Origin: Denitrovibrio sp.
Lineage (GTDB): Bacteria; Chrysiogenota; Deferribacteres; Deferribacterales; Geovibrionaceae
Length of the DNA: 64,000 nt
Direction: 5' to 3'
Assembly (NCBI GenBank): GCA_002869185.1
Contig: PKTN01000010.1
Span: 105,274 to 169,273 of the forward strand
How positions within the stretch are numbered: the stretch's first letter is position 1; every line of letters begins with the position of its first letter. The notes beneath the pieces are model-generated. The model worked only from the letters and a program-made list of their open reading frames with translations, searched no databases and was not told where the DNA came from. Shown piece after piece: positions 30,479-41,614 of the stretch. The translations under genes were made by a program, and so were the position numbers.

Positions 30479-30892
30479 ATGAAAGATACGATGAAAGAGG
30501 GTGTTGAGTACACACTAGAATTTAAAGTGACAGAGTCAAAGACGGTTCCAGAGCTATATCCAGAATCTGAACTGTTTGCGTCTATGCCAAGAGTTTTTGC
30601 TACAGGTTATATGGTTGGCTTTATGGAGTGGGCATGTATGGAAGCTCTTGCTCCTCACCTTGATGATGGAGAGCATAGCGTTGGTGTATCGGTGAACTTT
30701 TCTCATGTGGCTGCCACGCCACCGGGGATGATGGTAAAGGCTATCGCTAAATGCACTGGTGTTGAAGGTCAAAAGACTTCTTGGTACATTGAAGCGTATG
30801 ACGAGCAAGACCTTATAGGTAAAGGGACACACGATAGATTTACTATCAATGTGGATAGGTTTAACCAAAAACTTGAAAAGAAAGGAATATAA
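30479..30892 (+). CDS. Hotdog-fold thioesterase (fluoroacetyl-CoA thioesterase-like family)
   Basis: Motif VFATGYMVGFMEWAC. Length 137 aa. It is divergent from the LysR gene. Confidence 0.6.
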   Translation: MKDTMKEGVEYTLEFKVTESKTVPELYPESELFASMPRVFATGYMVGFMEWACMEALAPHLDDGEHSVGVSVNFSHVAATPPGMMVKAIAKCTGVEGQKTSWYIEAYDEQDLIGKGTHDRFTINVDRFNQKLEKKGI

Positions 30893-30909
30893 ATTATAGG
30901 GCGCAGGAT

Positions 30910-31320
30910 TTATTCTGCGTCCATACTTAATTGTTCAGCTACTTCGTTTCTATAGTCAGGCTCAATATCCCACGTAAGATCATATTCCACATCTCCATAT
31001 GTAGACGCATATTCATGACCCCACACTAGCATCATATTCAGAACAGGTTAGAATGATTTCCCAAAAGGTGTTAGAGAGTATTCAACTTTTGGTGGCACAA
31101 CAGGGTAAACCTTTCTGTATATTAACTTATCTTTTTCAAGTTCGCGTAACTGTTGTGTTAACATCTTTTGAGTAACTTTCGGAATTTTACGCTGGAGCTG
31201 ACCGAAGCGCCTTGTCTTTGCACGCAGGTGCCACATTATGAGGAGTTTCCATTTACCAGCGATCAAGTCCATTGATACTTCAATCGGACATGAGTATTCT
31301 TTATCGTTTAAATTAATCAT
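30910..31320 (-). pseudogene. HxlR-family transcriptional regulator, interrupted by an in-frame TAA at 31048-31050
   Basis: Motifs CPIEVSMDLIAGKWKLLIMWHL and VEYSLTPFGKSF-TAA-PVLNMMLVWGHEY. The conserved C-terminal helix and WG motif follow the stop in frame. The final TAA is at 30910-30912. The likely start is ATG 31320, which follows AAAGGA. Confidence 0.7.
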
Positions 31321-31410
31321 AGTATCCTTTTGGTATGTATAGCACATAATAGTGCATACTTGCTTATTTGATATTTATGTTACTATAATAGATAAAGATA
31401 GGAGGACGCA

Positions 31411-32397
31411 ATTACAAATTTTAAAGCTTTAGTCACCGAAGAGGTGGACGGAAAATATGTATCTACAATTAAAGAAAGAAATATAGCAGACCTACCTGAT
31501 GGTGAGGTTATTATAAACGTTAAATACTCATCGCTAAATTTCAAAGATGGTCTTTCAAGTGCAGGTAATAAAGGGGTAACAAGAAACTTCCCTCATACGC
31601 CTGGTATTGACGCTGCTGGTATTGTTGCAGAGTCGAGCGATGAATCTTTCAAAGCTGGTGACGAAGTTATAGTAACTGGTTATGATCTTGGTATGAACAC
31701 AAGTGGTGGTTTCTCAGAATACATCCGTGTTCCTGCTGGCTGGATTGTTAAGAAACCAGAGGGATTAACACTCAGAGAAGCAATGATTTATGGTACTGCT
31801 GGTTTCACGTCAGCTCTATCTGTTATCAAACTGCAGAACGCTGGAGTTACACCAGAGAAAGGAAAAGTTATTGTTACTGGCTCAACAGGTGGCGTTGGTT
31901 CTGTTGCTGTTGCAATGCTTGCAAAGCTTGGTTTTAGCGTAACAGGTGTTACAGGTAAGCCTGAGAAGGCAGAGTTTTTAAAGAGTCTTGGAGCTGATGA
32001 GATTATAACAAGAGAAGAAGCGATAGATGAGAGCAAAAGACCAATGTTGAAAGGTATATATGCAGGTACAGTTGATACTGTTGGTGGCTCAATCCTAGCT
32101 ACTGCTCTTAAGGCAACAGCGTATGAGGGTGCGGTTACAACTTGTGGTCTGACTCAGGCAGTAGAGCTTAATACTACAGTCTTCCCATTCATCCTTAGAG
32201 GTGTCTCACTCCTAGGAGTTGACTCTGTTGAGCTTCCACTTGCTACTAAGCAAGAGACTTGGAGAAGGATCGCTACAGATCTTAAGCTTGAAAATATAGA
32301 AGATCTTGCTGTTGATATATCCCTAGAAGAACTACCAGAATATCTCGGTATGATTTTGAAAGGTCAAACAGCTGGTAGGGTCGTAGTTAAAATATAA
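31411..32397 (+). CDS. YhdH/AcuI-family NADPH-dependent quinone/acrylyl-CoA reductase, apparently initiated at ATT
   Basis: Motifs SSLNFKDGLSSAGNKGVTRNFPHTPGIDAAG and GSTGGVGS. The conserved N-terminus (NFKALV...) lies upstream of the first canonical start, GTG 31444. ATT at 31411 sits 5 nt after AGGAGGA. Confidence 0.7.
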   Translation: MTNFKALVTEEVDGKYVSTIKERNIADLPDGEVIINVKYSSLNFKDGLSSAGNKGVTRNFPHTPGIDAAGIVAESSDESFKAGDEVIVTGYDLGMNTSGGFSEYIRVPAGWIVKKPEGLTLREAMIYGTAGFTSALSVIKLQNAGVTPEKGKVIVTGSTGGVGSVAVAMLAKLGFSVTGVTGKPEKAEFLKSLGADEIITREEAIDESKRPMLKGIYAGTVDTVGGSILATALKATAYEGAVTTCGLTQAVELNTTVFPFILRGVSLLGVDSVELPLATKQETWRRIATDLKLENIEDLAVDISLEELPEYLGMILKGQTAGRVVVKI

Positions 32398-32437
32398 TCA
32401 CAAAATGTCGTGGCGGGGCATTTCGCTTCGCTACGGC

Positions 32438-32758
32438 TTATTTATAGTCATCTCTAGCTGGGTGGAATACATCTACTAGCTCGCAGTCAGTTATAGCAAT
32501 TCCGCTATGTACAGCATTCGGTGGGATAACCACTATGTCAGTCTTTTCTAATATTTTTGTGACGCCGTCGACAGTCATCTCAAATTTACCACTTATAAGT
32601 TTTGTCATCTGCTCATGAAAGTGTGAGTGTTCCGGTAATTTTGTACCAGCTTTAAAGCTCCACTGCGAAAGGGTCATCCCGTCAGTGTGTACCATTTTCG
32701 CTTCTGCACCTTCAATAATATTTTTTGTTTTGATTTCGTTCATATTAACAAATGGCAT
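32438..32758 (-). CDS. Cupin domain protein
   Basis: Motifs LPEHSHFHEQ and IPPNAVHSG. Length 106 aa. Confidence 0.7.
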   Translation of the reverse strand: MPFVNMNEIKTKNIIEGAEAKMVHTDGMTLSQWSFKAGTKLPEHSHFHEQMTKLISGKFEMTVDGVTKILEKTDIVVIPPNAVHSGIAITDCELVDVFHPARDDYK

Positions 32759-32908
32759 AGTTGTTCCCCCTAATGAGTATGATTATAAAACAATAATTGC
32801 AAAAATGTAAAACTTTATAAATAGCCTTATTTACAAGTAAGAGAAGCTGATATAGAATATCATTTGCGTTTTATTATTTCTGTTTTGTTTTAATGGAGGA
32901 GGGATACA

Positions 32909-34546
32909 ATGAAGAATTGTAAGGGTTTCTTACCGAAAATTATGGGCGTGCTGTTTTTTCAGGGTGGTATAGCAGTTGCTATCTTTGTAATTAATCGTAA
33001 TTTTATAAAAAAAGCTTCGAGTATGCCGAGTGATGAGCTCAGTTCATATCTAATGGGTGCAGTAGCTAAATCAACAACATACTCAGTTGGTCTTCTTGTT
33101 ATTGGTTTGATTGTGGCTGTTATTATTGCATTCTATATAAATAATAATTTTTTAAATAGTTTAGATAATGTTTCTGAAGTTCTTAGAAGTCTTGAAAATG
33201 GTGATCTAACAAACAGGGTTAAGGATGGGGATGCAGGTAGCCTTTGTGCCCTTGGCAAGCTAGTTAATCAGACAATGGAGAAGGTCGACGATACTATATC
33301 CAGCTTTTACTTCGCATCTTCAAACATTGGAAGTGCCTCTAAGAATCTATTAGATATTTACGCATCTGTTGGTGATATGGTTAATAACGTTAATGACAGT
33401 GTCGTTAGTGTGAGTTCAGCTGCTGAAGAACTTAATGTTACAGGGCAGAACGTCTTGGATATGTGCCGTACTTCATCAGAAAGCATTGTTAATTGTAATC
33501 TTGAGGTAGCCATTGGTAAAAGCATTATCAGTGAGAATAGAGAAAGTATGGAAGAAATATCAGGTGGTATTAATTCTATAGTTGATGTTGTGACAGGTTT
33601 TCAGGTTCAGTCACAGGAGATTGGTCAGATAGTACTCTCTATTAACGAAATCGCAGATCAGACAAACTTACTTGCACTTAATGCTGCTATTGAGGCGGCT
33701 AGGGCTGGGGAGCATGGACGTGGATTTGCTGTTGTTGCTGACTAGGTTAGAAAACTAGCTGGCAAGACATCTGATTCAACTAAGCAGATCGAGGACGTTA
33801 TCAGAGATCTACAGGCTAGGATCAATGAAGTGAATAGCTCAGTTGAGAAATCTGTTAATCTTGTAGAAAAAGTGATCAGTCTCTCCGATAGTTCAGTAGA
33901 AGCTATCGAAAAAATAAATGAAAATATCAGCAATGTTGCTGAACAAATAGATGGTATCGTACATTCTAAAGAGGAAGAAACACAGGCTCTGAACGACGTG
34001 ACAAGAAGTACAACAGAGATCAGCAGTTCAACTGTAGAGATTATAAAAGTTGTAGAAGAGTCATCCCTTGCTGGTGAGAATCTGAGTGGACTTGCTAATA
34101 GTATTACTAAGAGTGCGGAAGTTTATAAATCTGACAAAATGAAAGAGTTTATGCCTTGGAGCGATAAACTTAAGCTTGGCGTTAAGATGTTTGATGATCA
34201 GCATAAAGAGCTCATTAGAATAATTAACAGCCTTTATGTTGCTATGAAAGACAACAGAGGAAATGACGCTCTTATTGAGATTCTTGACGAGCTTGTAAGC
34301 TACACTGTATATCACTTTGACAGTGAAGAAGAGATGTTTACTAAGCATGGATATCCTAGACAATCAGAACACGTCACAATCCATACAAACCTTAAGAATA
34401 CTGCTGGAGAACTAAGAGCGAAGATTATAGCAGGTGAGGCTGTAATAGGTTTTAACGTGATTAGCTTCCTGGAAAACTGGGTGAAAAATCATATCCTAGT
34501 AGAAGACATGAAATATGTAGACTTTTTTAAATCGAAAGGTCTTTAG
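32909..34546 (+). pseudogene. Methyl-accepting chemotaxis protein with a C-terminal hemerythrin domain, interrupted by an in-frame TAG at 33743-33745
   Basis: TM/HAMP region. Signalling hairpin [48 protein letters not shown]. The TAG replaces the near-invariant Glu of the VVADEVRKLA motif. ORFs 32909-33745 and 33830-34546 share a frame. Hemerythrin motifs: FDDQHKELI and YTVYHFDSEEEMF. Confidence 0.85.
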
Positions 34547-35483
34547 TCATCATTGGTATATAAATATTAAATGTAGTTCCAACACCAGGGGTGGATTTTA
34601 CTTCAACCCGCCCTTTGTGTTTTTCTGTAATCTCTTTTGCTATAACTAACCCAAGCCCTGTCCCTCTATTCTTAGTCGTAAAGAATGGAGTAAATAACTT
34701 ATTCAATATCTCTTCTGTTATTCCAGGTCCTTGGTCTATTATAGCTATCTTAACCATAGGTAGAGCTAATTTCTTCTTCTTGTTAATGTATTTGATAGTA
34801 GGGTCTATTGACAGATACATGTGCACAGTCCCTTCTTTTTGAGCCTCGCATGCATTCTTGATGAGATTATTTACAGCCATGAAAAGCTTTTTTCTATCAG
34901 CAAAAATGTCTGTTAGTGAAGGTTCTATCTGAACTTGCAGTCTAATATCAGGGAACAAGACTGATAGTGAGTCTTGTAGCTCTTCTAAAAAATCAGGTAG
35001 ACTGAATTCTGAGTACTCTATGTTCATCTCTGAGAGCATTCTTATGTTTTGCAATATATGCTTTATGCGCTCTGTTTCGTTCAGGATAATACCAGCACAT
35101 TTCTTTAGATATTCGTCATTACTCTTCGCGAGGATAAGCTGTGACGTTCCATCTATGACTGTTAGTGGGTTTTTCATTTCATGCTGAAAAGAGCTGATAT
35201 CGAATATCTCTTCAAGGTTAGGTCGGAATTCATCTACATTAAGTATGAGTACTCGAGTTGTTTCGCCTGACTCGATTGTCTTTATGCCAAAAAGTTTGTG
35301 CTGAATACGCATAAGGTTTTCGCCAGATCTGATATGACCAACGAGATAATCTTTAAAGTTCTTTAAACCAGAATCAAAACCTGTCTGTAGAAATTTTTCA
35401 CCTGCTGGGTTCATGTCGCATATCTTATCATCTTTGATTTCAAAGTATGCTGCACGTAGGTTATTTAAATTTAATTCTGACAT
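34527..35483 (-). CDS. Cytoplasmic sensor histidine kinase
   Basis: H-box FQHEMKNPLTVI, N-box NNLIKNACEA and G-box GTGLGLVIAKEI. Confidence 0.8.
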   Translation of the reverse strand: MSELNLNNLRAAYFEIKDDKICDMNPAGEKFLQTGFDSGLKNFKDYLVGHIRSGENLMRIQHKLFGIKTIESGETTRVLILNVDEFRPNLEEIFDISSFQHEMKNPLTVIDGTSQLILAKSNDEYLKKCAGIILNETERIKHILQNIRMLSEMNIEYSEFSLPDFLEELQDSLSVLFPDIRLQVQIEPSLTDIFADRKKLFMAVNNLIKNACEAQKEGTVHMYLSIDPTIKYINKKKKLALPMVKIAIIDQGPGITEEILNKLFTPFFTTKNRGTGLGLVIAKEITEKHKGRVEVKSTPGVGTTFNIYIPMMTKDLSI

Positions 35484-37739
35484 TTAGTTCTGCTCGGTCA
35501 TCGTCATAGGCTTTTCGAAAGGCTCAAATGTGTACTGCCCTGTAAAACTATTTGTTATTTTGTGAGACTCAGAGTCTACACGGAAGTAAGCGATATCTTT
35601 AGAGACTGGAAAAAGCATATTTCCAAAGTTATGATGAATACTTTTCGTAAATTTAACCCATGCAGGCAGAGCTGTGTTAGATCCAGCGCGATATTTACCA
35701 ATAGATTGGAAGTCATCGAATCCTACCCACACTCCACTTACGAGATCAGGCATGTAACCGATAAACCATGTGTCTTTATTGTCATTAGTAGTCCCTGTTT
35801 TACCTGCGATTAGCTTAGGTATTACAAGAGCTCTTTTACCTGTTCCGTTCACAACAACATTTCTCATCATGTCGATCATTATGTGTGCTGTACCTTCCTT
35901 TAAAACCTCTATAGGCTCAGAAGGCTGGTATTCTGCAACAATATCTCCTAAAGAGTTTTCTATCTTTGTGACATAGTAAGGTTCGTGCCTAACTCCTAGA
36001 TTTGGGAATGTAGAGAAGGCGAAAACCATCTCCATAAGTGATGCTGTTCCTGAACCTATACTTACAGAAAGATCACGGTTCAGCTCTTCTTTCATACCAA
36101 ATTTTCTTGCTTGGTTTATGATTTTACTGATCCCAACCTTTTCGGCAACCTTGATTGTGACTAGATTTCTCGATTTAGTTAGTGCTTCTTTAAGTGTGGT
36201 ATGTCCAAAGAATTTACCTGAGTAGTTTTCAGGTTTCCAAAACTCGCCTTCCTCTTCCATCTCTTTAATAACAGGCGCATCAAGTATTTGTGACATAACG
36301 TTCATTCCACTTTCGATAGCAGTAGAGTAAACGATAGGCTTAAAGAGTGACCCAACCTGACGTTTAGCTTGTTCTGCTCTGTTGAACATAGACTTGCGAT
36401 AGTCAAATCCACCAACCATAGCGTATATTTCACCTGTTTGTTGGTTAGCAGAGAGGAGTGCTGACTCTAGCTCTGGTTCCTGAGCCATACGGTAGCTTTG
36501 TTCTTCTTCATTCAGCAGAGTTACATATATAATATCATTAACATCAAGGATGCGTCTGAAATCTGTGTTTCTATAATAGCTTGCTTTATATGGTCTTGCC
36601 CATCTGTTTTCTTTGATGTTCAGTGTACCTTCGCTATTTAGCGTTTTTATCTGTACAAAGTTTTCTGAAACTTTAGTCACTAGAGCTTTTTCGAAACCTA
36701 GCTCTTGTAAATAATCTTTCTTAACTTCAAGAAGTTCTTCAAGCGTATCAGATTCTGAGTTGTATTTTACTAGTGCACCTCTGAAACCAAGTGTTTCTGT
36801 CATATCTAATAGATTGTTCTTAAGTGCATCTTCAGCATTTTTTTGGATATCGAGGTCAAGAGTTGTGTATACATTAAGACCTGCCGTTGCAACATCTTCA
36901 ACACCTTCAACCTTTTTTAAATGGCGTATTATAAAGTCGACAAAATAACCCGCAGCCATGTTTTTAGGTGGAATTTTGTCAATGATGATAGCTTCTTCCA
37001 TGGATGCTTTTTGGTATGTATCTTCATTTATGTAACCAGTTTCAAGCATTCTAAATAGGACGTGATTTCTTCTTTTAAGTGCTTTCTCAGGGTTAAGGTG
37101 AGGAGCATAGATGCCAGGAGCTTTTGGTACACCAGCTATCATAGCAGCCTCTGCTAGTGATAGGTCATTAACGCTTTTTGCGAAATAGTTGACAGCCGCA
37201 GCTTCAACACCATAGGCTCCACGTCCGAAATATACTTGGTTAAGGTACATCTCAAGTACCTTTTTCTTAGAAAGGGCTTTGTCGATGCGATAAGCAAGGA
37301 TAGCCTCTTTAACTTTTCTCTTAAGTTTCTTTTCAGGCGTTAGATATATGATCTTTATGAGTTGCTGAGTGAGAGTACTCCCCCCCTCTACAACACGTCC
37401 AGCTTTTATGTTTGTGATGAAAGCACGCATAATACCCATAAGGTCTACGCCACCGTGATCGTAAAAACGAGCATCTTCCACTGCGACCACTGCATTCTGT
37501 AGTGATTCTGGGATGTCACTTATATTAAGCGGGTAGCGTCTTTCAGAACCTAACTCTGCAATCGTCTTCCCATTTCTGTCATAAATGATTGTTGGTCTTT
37601 TGTACTCATAGTCTTTAAGGTCTTTAGTTGATGGAAGCTCAAGGCTGAGTTTATACATATATCCGAAAACTCCACCAGAGACAGCCAGTGTTGAAACGAC
37701 ACAAACAATAATAAAATATTTTAAAAGTCTTTTTAGCAT
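35484..37739 (-). CDS. Penicillin-binding protein 1A family (bifunctional transglycosylase/transpeptidase)
   Basis: Transglycosylase motifs EDARFYDHGG and GGSTLTQQ. Transpeptidase motifs SLFKP and KTGTTN. Confidence 0.88.
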   Translation of the reverse strand: MLKRLLKYFIIVCVVSTLAVSGGVFGYMYKLSLELPSTKDLKDYEYKRPTIIYDRNGKTIAELGSERRYPLNISDIPESLQNAVVAVEDARFYDHGGVDLMGIMRAFITNIKAGRVVEGGSTLTQQLIKIIYLTPEKKLKRKVKEAILAYRIDKALSKKKVLEMYLNQVYFGRGAYGVEAAAVNYFAKSVNDLSLAEAAMIAGVPKAPGIYAPHLNPEKALKRRNHVLFRMLETGYINEDTYQKASMEEAIIIDKIPPKNMAAGYFVDFIIRHLKKVEGVEDVATAGLNVYTTLDLDIQKNAEDALKNNLLDMTETLGFRGALVKYNSESDTLEELLEVKKDYLQELGFEKALVTKVSENFVQIKTLNSEGTLNIKENRWARPYKASYYRNTDFRRILDVNDIIYVTLLNEEEQSYRMAQEPELESALLSANQQTGEIYAMVGGFDYRKSMFNRAEQAKRQVGSLFKPIVYSTAIESGMNVMSQILDAPVIKEMEEEGEFWKPENYSGKFFGHTTLKEALTKSRNLVTIKVAEKVGISKIINQARKFGMKEELNRDLSVSIGSGTASLMEMVFAFSTFPNLGVRHEPYYVTKIENSLGDIVAEYQPSEPIEVLKEGTAHIMIDMMRNVVVNGTGKRALVIPKLIAGKTGTTNDNKDTWFIGYMPDLVSGVWVGFDDFQSIGKYRAGSNTALPAWVKFTKSIHHNFGNMLFPVSKDIAYFRVDSESHKITNSFTGQYTFEPFEKPMTMTEQN

Positions 37740-37782
37740 TTGTACTACCTATATTTCGATGACCATTTGGTCAGTAATTAGT

Positions 37783-39759
37783 TTATTTTTTTCCAGAAGA
37801 ATACTCAAAAAGCATATCACGAATCTTAGCAGCTTTCTCAAACTGAAGATTAGCCGCATATTCTTGCATTTTCTTCTTAAGTGCTTCGATATCTGCTTCA
37901 CGTGTACCCGATAATGTTATACCTATATCCTCGCTAATATCAATAGTTACATAGTCTTTTTCGTAAATTTATTCGAGGATATTGCTTATTTCGTTCTGAA
38001 TCGTAGTTGGAGTAATGTTATGTTCTTCGTTATAAGCTTTTTGTTTTTTCCGTCTACGCTCGGTTTCGTCCAGAGCTGCCTGCATAGATCGAGTAATTTT
38101 TTCAGCATAAAAGATAGCTCGTCCGTTCACATTTCTAGCTGCTCTACCAATTGTTTGTATGAGTGCTTTTTCTGATCTCAGGAAGCCCTCTTTGTCAGCA
38201 TCCAGAACAGCGACAAGGGTTACCTCTGGAATGTCTAGACCTTCTCGTAGGAGGTTGATACCAATCAATACATCAAATTCTCCAAGCCTAAGCCCTTTGA
38301 TGATCTGTATCCTCTCTAGTGTATCTATTTCTGAGTGAAGGTATTTTACCCTGATCCCCATATCGTCATAATATTTAGCAAGCTCTTCAGACATCCTCTT
38401 AGTTAGTGTTGTGATGAGGACTCTTTCCCCTTTATCTATTGTTTTAAGTATTTCATTGTAAAGATCGTCTACTTGGTTTCGGGATGGTTTCACCTCAATA
38501 GGTGGGTCCATGAGCCCAGTAGGACGAATAATCTGTTCAGCAAGTAGCCCCATAGATTCATTAATCTCGAATTCGTCAGGGGTCGCTGACACATACATTA
38601 TGCGGTTTGTCTTCTCTTGAAATTCTTCAAACTTTAGCGGTCTATTGTCGAGTGCGGCAGGGAGTCTGAATCCAAACTCAACTAGTGTAGTCTTTCTGCT
38701 TCTGTCACCGTTATACATCCCTCTAATCTGTGGGATCGTCATGTGTGATTCGTCAACTATGACGAGTGCATCTTTTGCTAGATAGCTGAGGAGAGTAGGG
38801 GGTGTTTCGCCAGGTTGTCTATTTTCTAGGATTCTAGAATAGTTCTCAACTCCATTACAATAGCCAGTTTCCAGCATCATCTCTATGTCATACATAGTCC
38901 TTTGGGTGAGACGTTGGGATTCGACTAGCTTGTTCAAACTGTCTAGCTCAGCACATCTTTGTGCAAGCTCTGTTTTTATCTTTGCTACTGCGTCTTCGAT
39001 ACGCAGACTTGTTGTTACATAGTGGGTGTTAGGGTATATGGCAATCTTAGGGCGATTACGGATAGTTTTACCAGTGATAGGGTCGAATTCGCTGATACGG
39101 TCAACCTCGTCACCGTAGAACTCGATGCGATATGCCACAGAATCTTCGTGCGCAGGGAAGACCTCAAGGGTGTCCCCCTTTAGCCTATAGATGCCACGGT
39201 GGAAATCGTACTCATTTCGCTCGTATTGTATCTCCATCAACTTTTTTAGGATCTCTTGTACATCGACTTCGTCATTAACCTCAAGGTTGACTAGCATCCC
39301 ATGATACGCCTCTGGAGAGCCTAGCCCGTATATGCATGACACTGATGCGACAATAAGCACATCTCGCCTCTCAAGCAAGCTTCTTGTGGCTGAGTGGCGT
39401 AGTTTGTCGATATCCTCGTTGATAGATGAGTCCTTCTCTATAAATGTGTCTGTTGTTGGTTTGTAAGCTTCAGGCTTGTAGTAGTCGTAGTAACTGACAA
39501 AATACTCTACAGCATTATCTGGGAAGAACTTTTTAAATTCACCATATAGTTGTGCCGCGAGAGTCTTGTTGTGTGCGATTACGATAGTAGGCACATTAAG
39601 TTGCTCGACGACATTTGCCATAGTGTATGTTTTACCAGAGCCAGTAACACCAAGTAGCACCTGTGCATTTTCGCCAGCTTTATAATTGGCTACTAAGCTT
39701 CTGATAGCTTCAGGTTGATCACCTGCTGGTTCGTAATTTGAGACGAGTTTAAAGTCCAT
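37783..39759 (-). pseudogene. uvrB: Excinuclease ABC subunit B, interrupted by an in-frame TAA at 37969-37971 just before the C-terminal UVR domain
   Basis: Walker A GVTGSGKT and helicase motifs. The frame continues ...ISNILE-TAA-IYEKDYV...LKKKMQEYAANLQFEKAAKIRDMLFEY (UVR domain). The final TAA is at 37783-37785. Confidence 0.88.
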
Positions 39760-39760
39760 A

Positions 39761-41614
39761 TTATATCTTTTTAAGTACTCTTTTATTATCTTTGTTTATG
39801 AAAAGCCCTGTTTTGTCGAGCTGTTCCATCATAGGGACGAGAATCTTTCTCGGTAGCTCAAAGTGCTTTTTCATCCCTTGTAAATCGACGTGACCTACAG
39901 CTTCGCACTCTTGAGTAGCCTTATCTATGAATGTATTCAGCATCTCCATTGTGACATGATTGTTACCTTCGATATTTTTCGCAAGGCTTCTATTGCACAA
40001 GTATTGGAGACATTTTTGTATCTTTTGTTCAGGGATGCCCATCTTTTCGGAAAGGCGGGCTTGGTTCGAAAGTGTAGGGTCTGTCATCATTAGTGTCAGT
40101 ACGGATGTGGCTAGTTCGTCAAAAGGATCTCTCTCTTTCTTCTTTAGCATCTGCCCATCAAATATGTAGTTTTGTTTTTGAGCCCTTTCAATGATTCGAT
40201 TAATGATATCGAAACGGACAGGCTCAGGAAGCTTATTGCATGTATGCTGTATTTTGCTGATAGCAAGGCTCTCTTGCTTGTTGAGAATCTCTATAGTGTT
40301 CTCAACGTAGTTCTCTAGGTTTTTGTTATCAAGGATAAACCCTTGAAAATTAGCTATATTAAGCTGAGCAAGCTTCATAGTTAGCTCATTTCTGATTAGT
40401 CCAGAGAACTGTATAGGTTCAGGTAACTCTAGTCCACAATGAAATATCTCTACGACCTTTTTTATTGCATTATCATAGTCATGTATACTTAGAAGGTTCA
40501 TAATATCTTTGGTATATTTTCTATTCGGATAGGTCTCTGCGATGCCTAATACTCGACCACCAGCGACACTCACTTGAGGACTTCCAAGTCTAATTATGAA
40601 TGGTTCGTCAAAGTATGGTGTTATCTCTTTGTCTAGCTTGATAAAGCAGTTTGCACTCTCACCAGGTGACAGTTTCTTTATGTCATAAAAGATGATTTTC
40701 GCTTCGCAGGATAATGCGCCTATATATAATGAATATGACTTGTTATGCTTTATAAGTACCTTGTCGGATATACCTTCAAAGATGTTTAGATTAGCATAAA
40801 TTCCTTTGGTTGTTTGAATCTTTGGGTTGTCTGAGAGAATGTCTCCACGTTTTATGTCATTGGTCGAAAAATCAGGTAGGTTAAGTGCTGTCCTTTCACC
40901 AGCTACAGATTTGCTGACAAGTTTATCGTGCACTTGGATGCTCTTTGTTTTGGCAGACTTGAGATTTCTTGTATTGTAAATGAGAGTGTCGTTTGTTACG
41001 GAGCCGAATAACGACGTTCCAGTGACAACTGTTCCACTCCCTTTTATGCTGAAAACTCTATCAGCACGGACAACATAGCATCTCTTTTGAAGTTTTGGCT
41101 GAACCTTGCCAGCACATATACCAATAGCCTCTTTTAACTCTTTTATACTAGCTGGATTTCTTGTGTCAGTTTTAATTATATCTATAATTTTTATTTTACT
41201 ATTTTCGAATAGCTCAACGATCTCTTCTTTTACCGTGTCGATCTGTTCGGTGGAGCACAGGTCTGATTTTGTGATAGCGACTACACAATAGGGAACGCCA
41301 ATCGTCCTGATAATGTTATAATGCTCGATAGTTTGAGGTTTGATACCTTCGCGACCATCCACACAGAAAAGTACCGAGTCAAAGCCGACAGAGCCAGCGA
41401 TCATAGTCTTTACAAGTCCTTCATGCCCTGGCACATCTACAAATGAGATGTTCGCCTGTTCAGTCTCCATCCCTGCGAAGCCTAGTTCTATGGTAATCCC
41501 TTTCTCTTTCTCTTCTTTTAGCCTGTCTGGGTCTTTTCCTGTCATGGCTAGAACGAGGGAAGATTTACCATGGTCAATGTGTCCTGCAGTACCAAATATG
41601 ACACTCTTTTTCAT
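39761..41614 (-). CDS. selB: Selenocysteine-specific translation elongation factor
   Basis: G-domain motifs [18 protein letters not shown] and TKSD, followed by a long winged-helix C-terminus. It overlaps selA by 4 nt. Confidence 0.85.
   Translation of the reverse strand: MKKSVIFGTAGHIDHGKSSLVLAMTGKDPDRLKEEKEKGITIELGFAGMETEQANISFVDVPGHEGLVKTMIAGSVGFDSVLFCVDGREGIKPQTIEHYNIIRTIGVPYCVVAITKSDLCSTEQIDTVKEEIVELFENSKIKIIDIIKTDTRNPASIKELKEAIGICAGKVQPKLQKRCYVVRADRVFSIKGSGTVVTGTSLFGSVTNDTLIYNTRNLKSAKTKSIQVHDKLVSKSVAGERTALNLPDFSTNDIKRGDILSDNPKIQTTKGIYANLNIFEGISDKVLIKHNKSYSLYIGALSCEAKIIFYDIKKLSPGESANCFIKLDKEITPYFDEPFIIRLGSPQVSVAGGRVLGIAETYPNRKYTKDIMNLLSIHDYDNAIKKVVEIFHCGLELPEPIQFSGLIRNELTMKLAQLNIANFQGFILDNKNLENYVENTIEILNKQESLAISKIQHTCNKLPEPVRFDIINRIIERAQKQNYIFDGQMLKKKERDPFDELATSVLTLMMTDPTLSNQARLSEKMGIPEQKIQKCLQYLCNRSLAKNIEGNNHVTMEMLNTFIDKATQECEAVGHVDLQGMKKHFELPRKILVPMMEQLDKTGLFINKDNKRVLKKI

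Noticed and set aside
33743-33745. TAG in the MCP, and at 11251-11253, read as pyrrolysine.
   Set aside because: The MCP position is a near-invariant Glu. No pyl genes are visible in the window. Pyrrolysine use is restricted to methylamine methyltransferase contexts.
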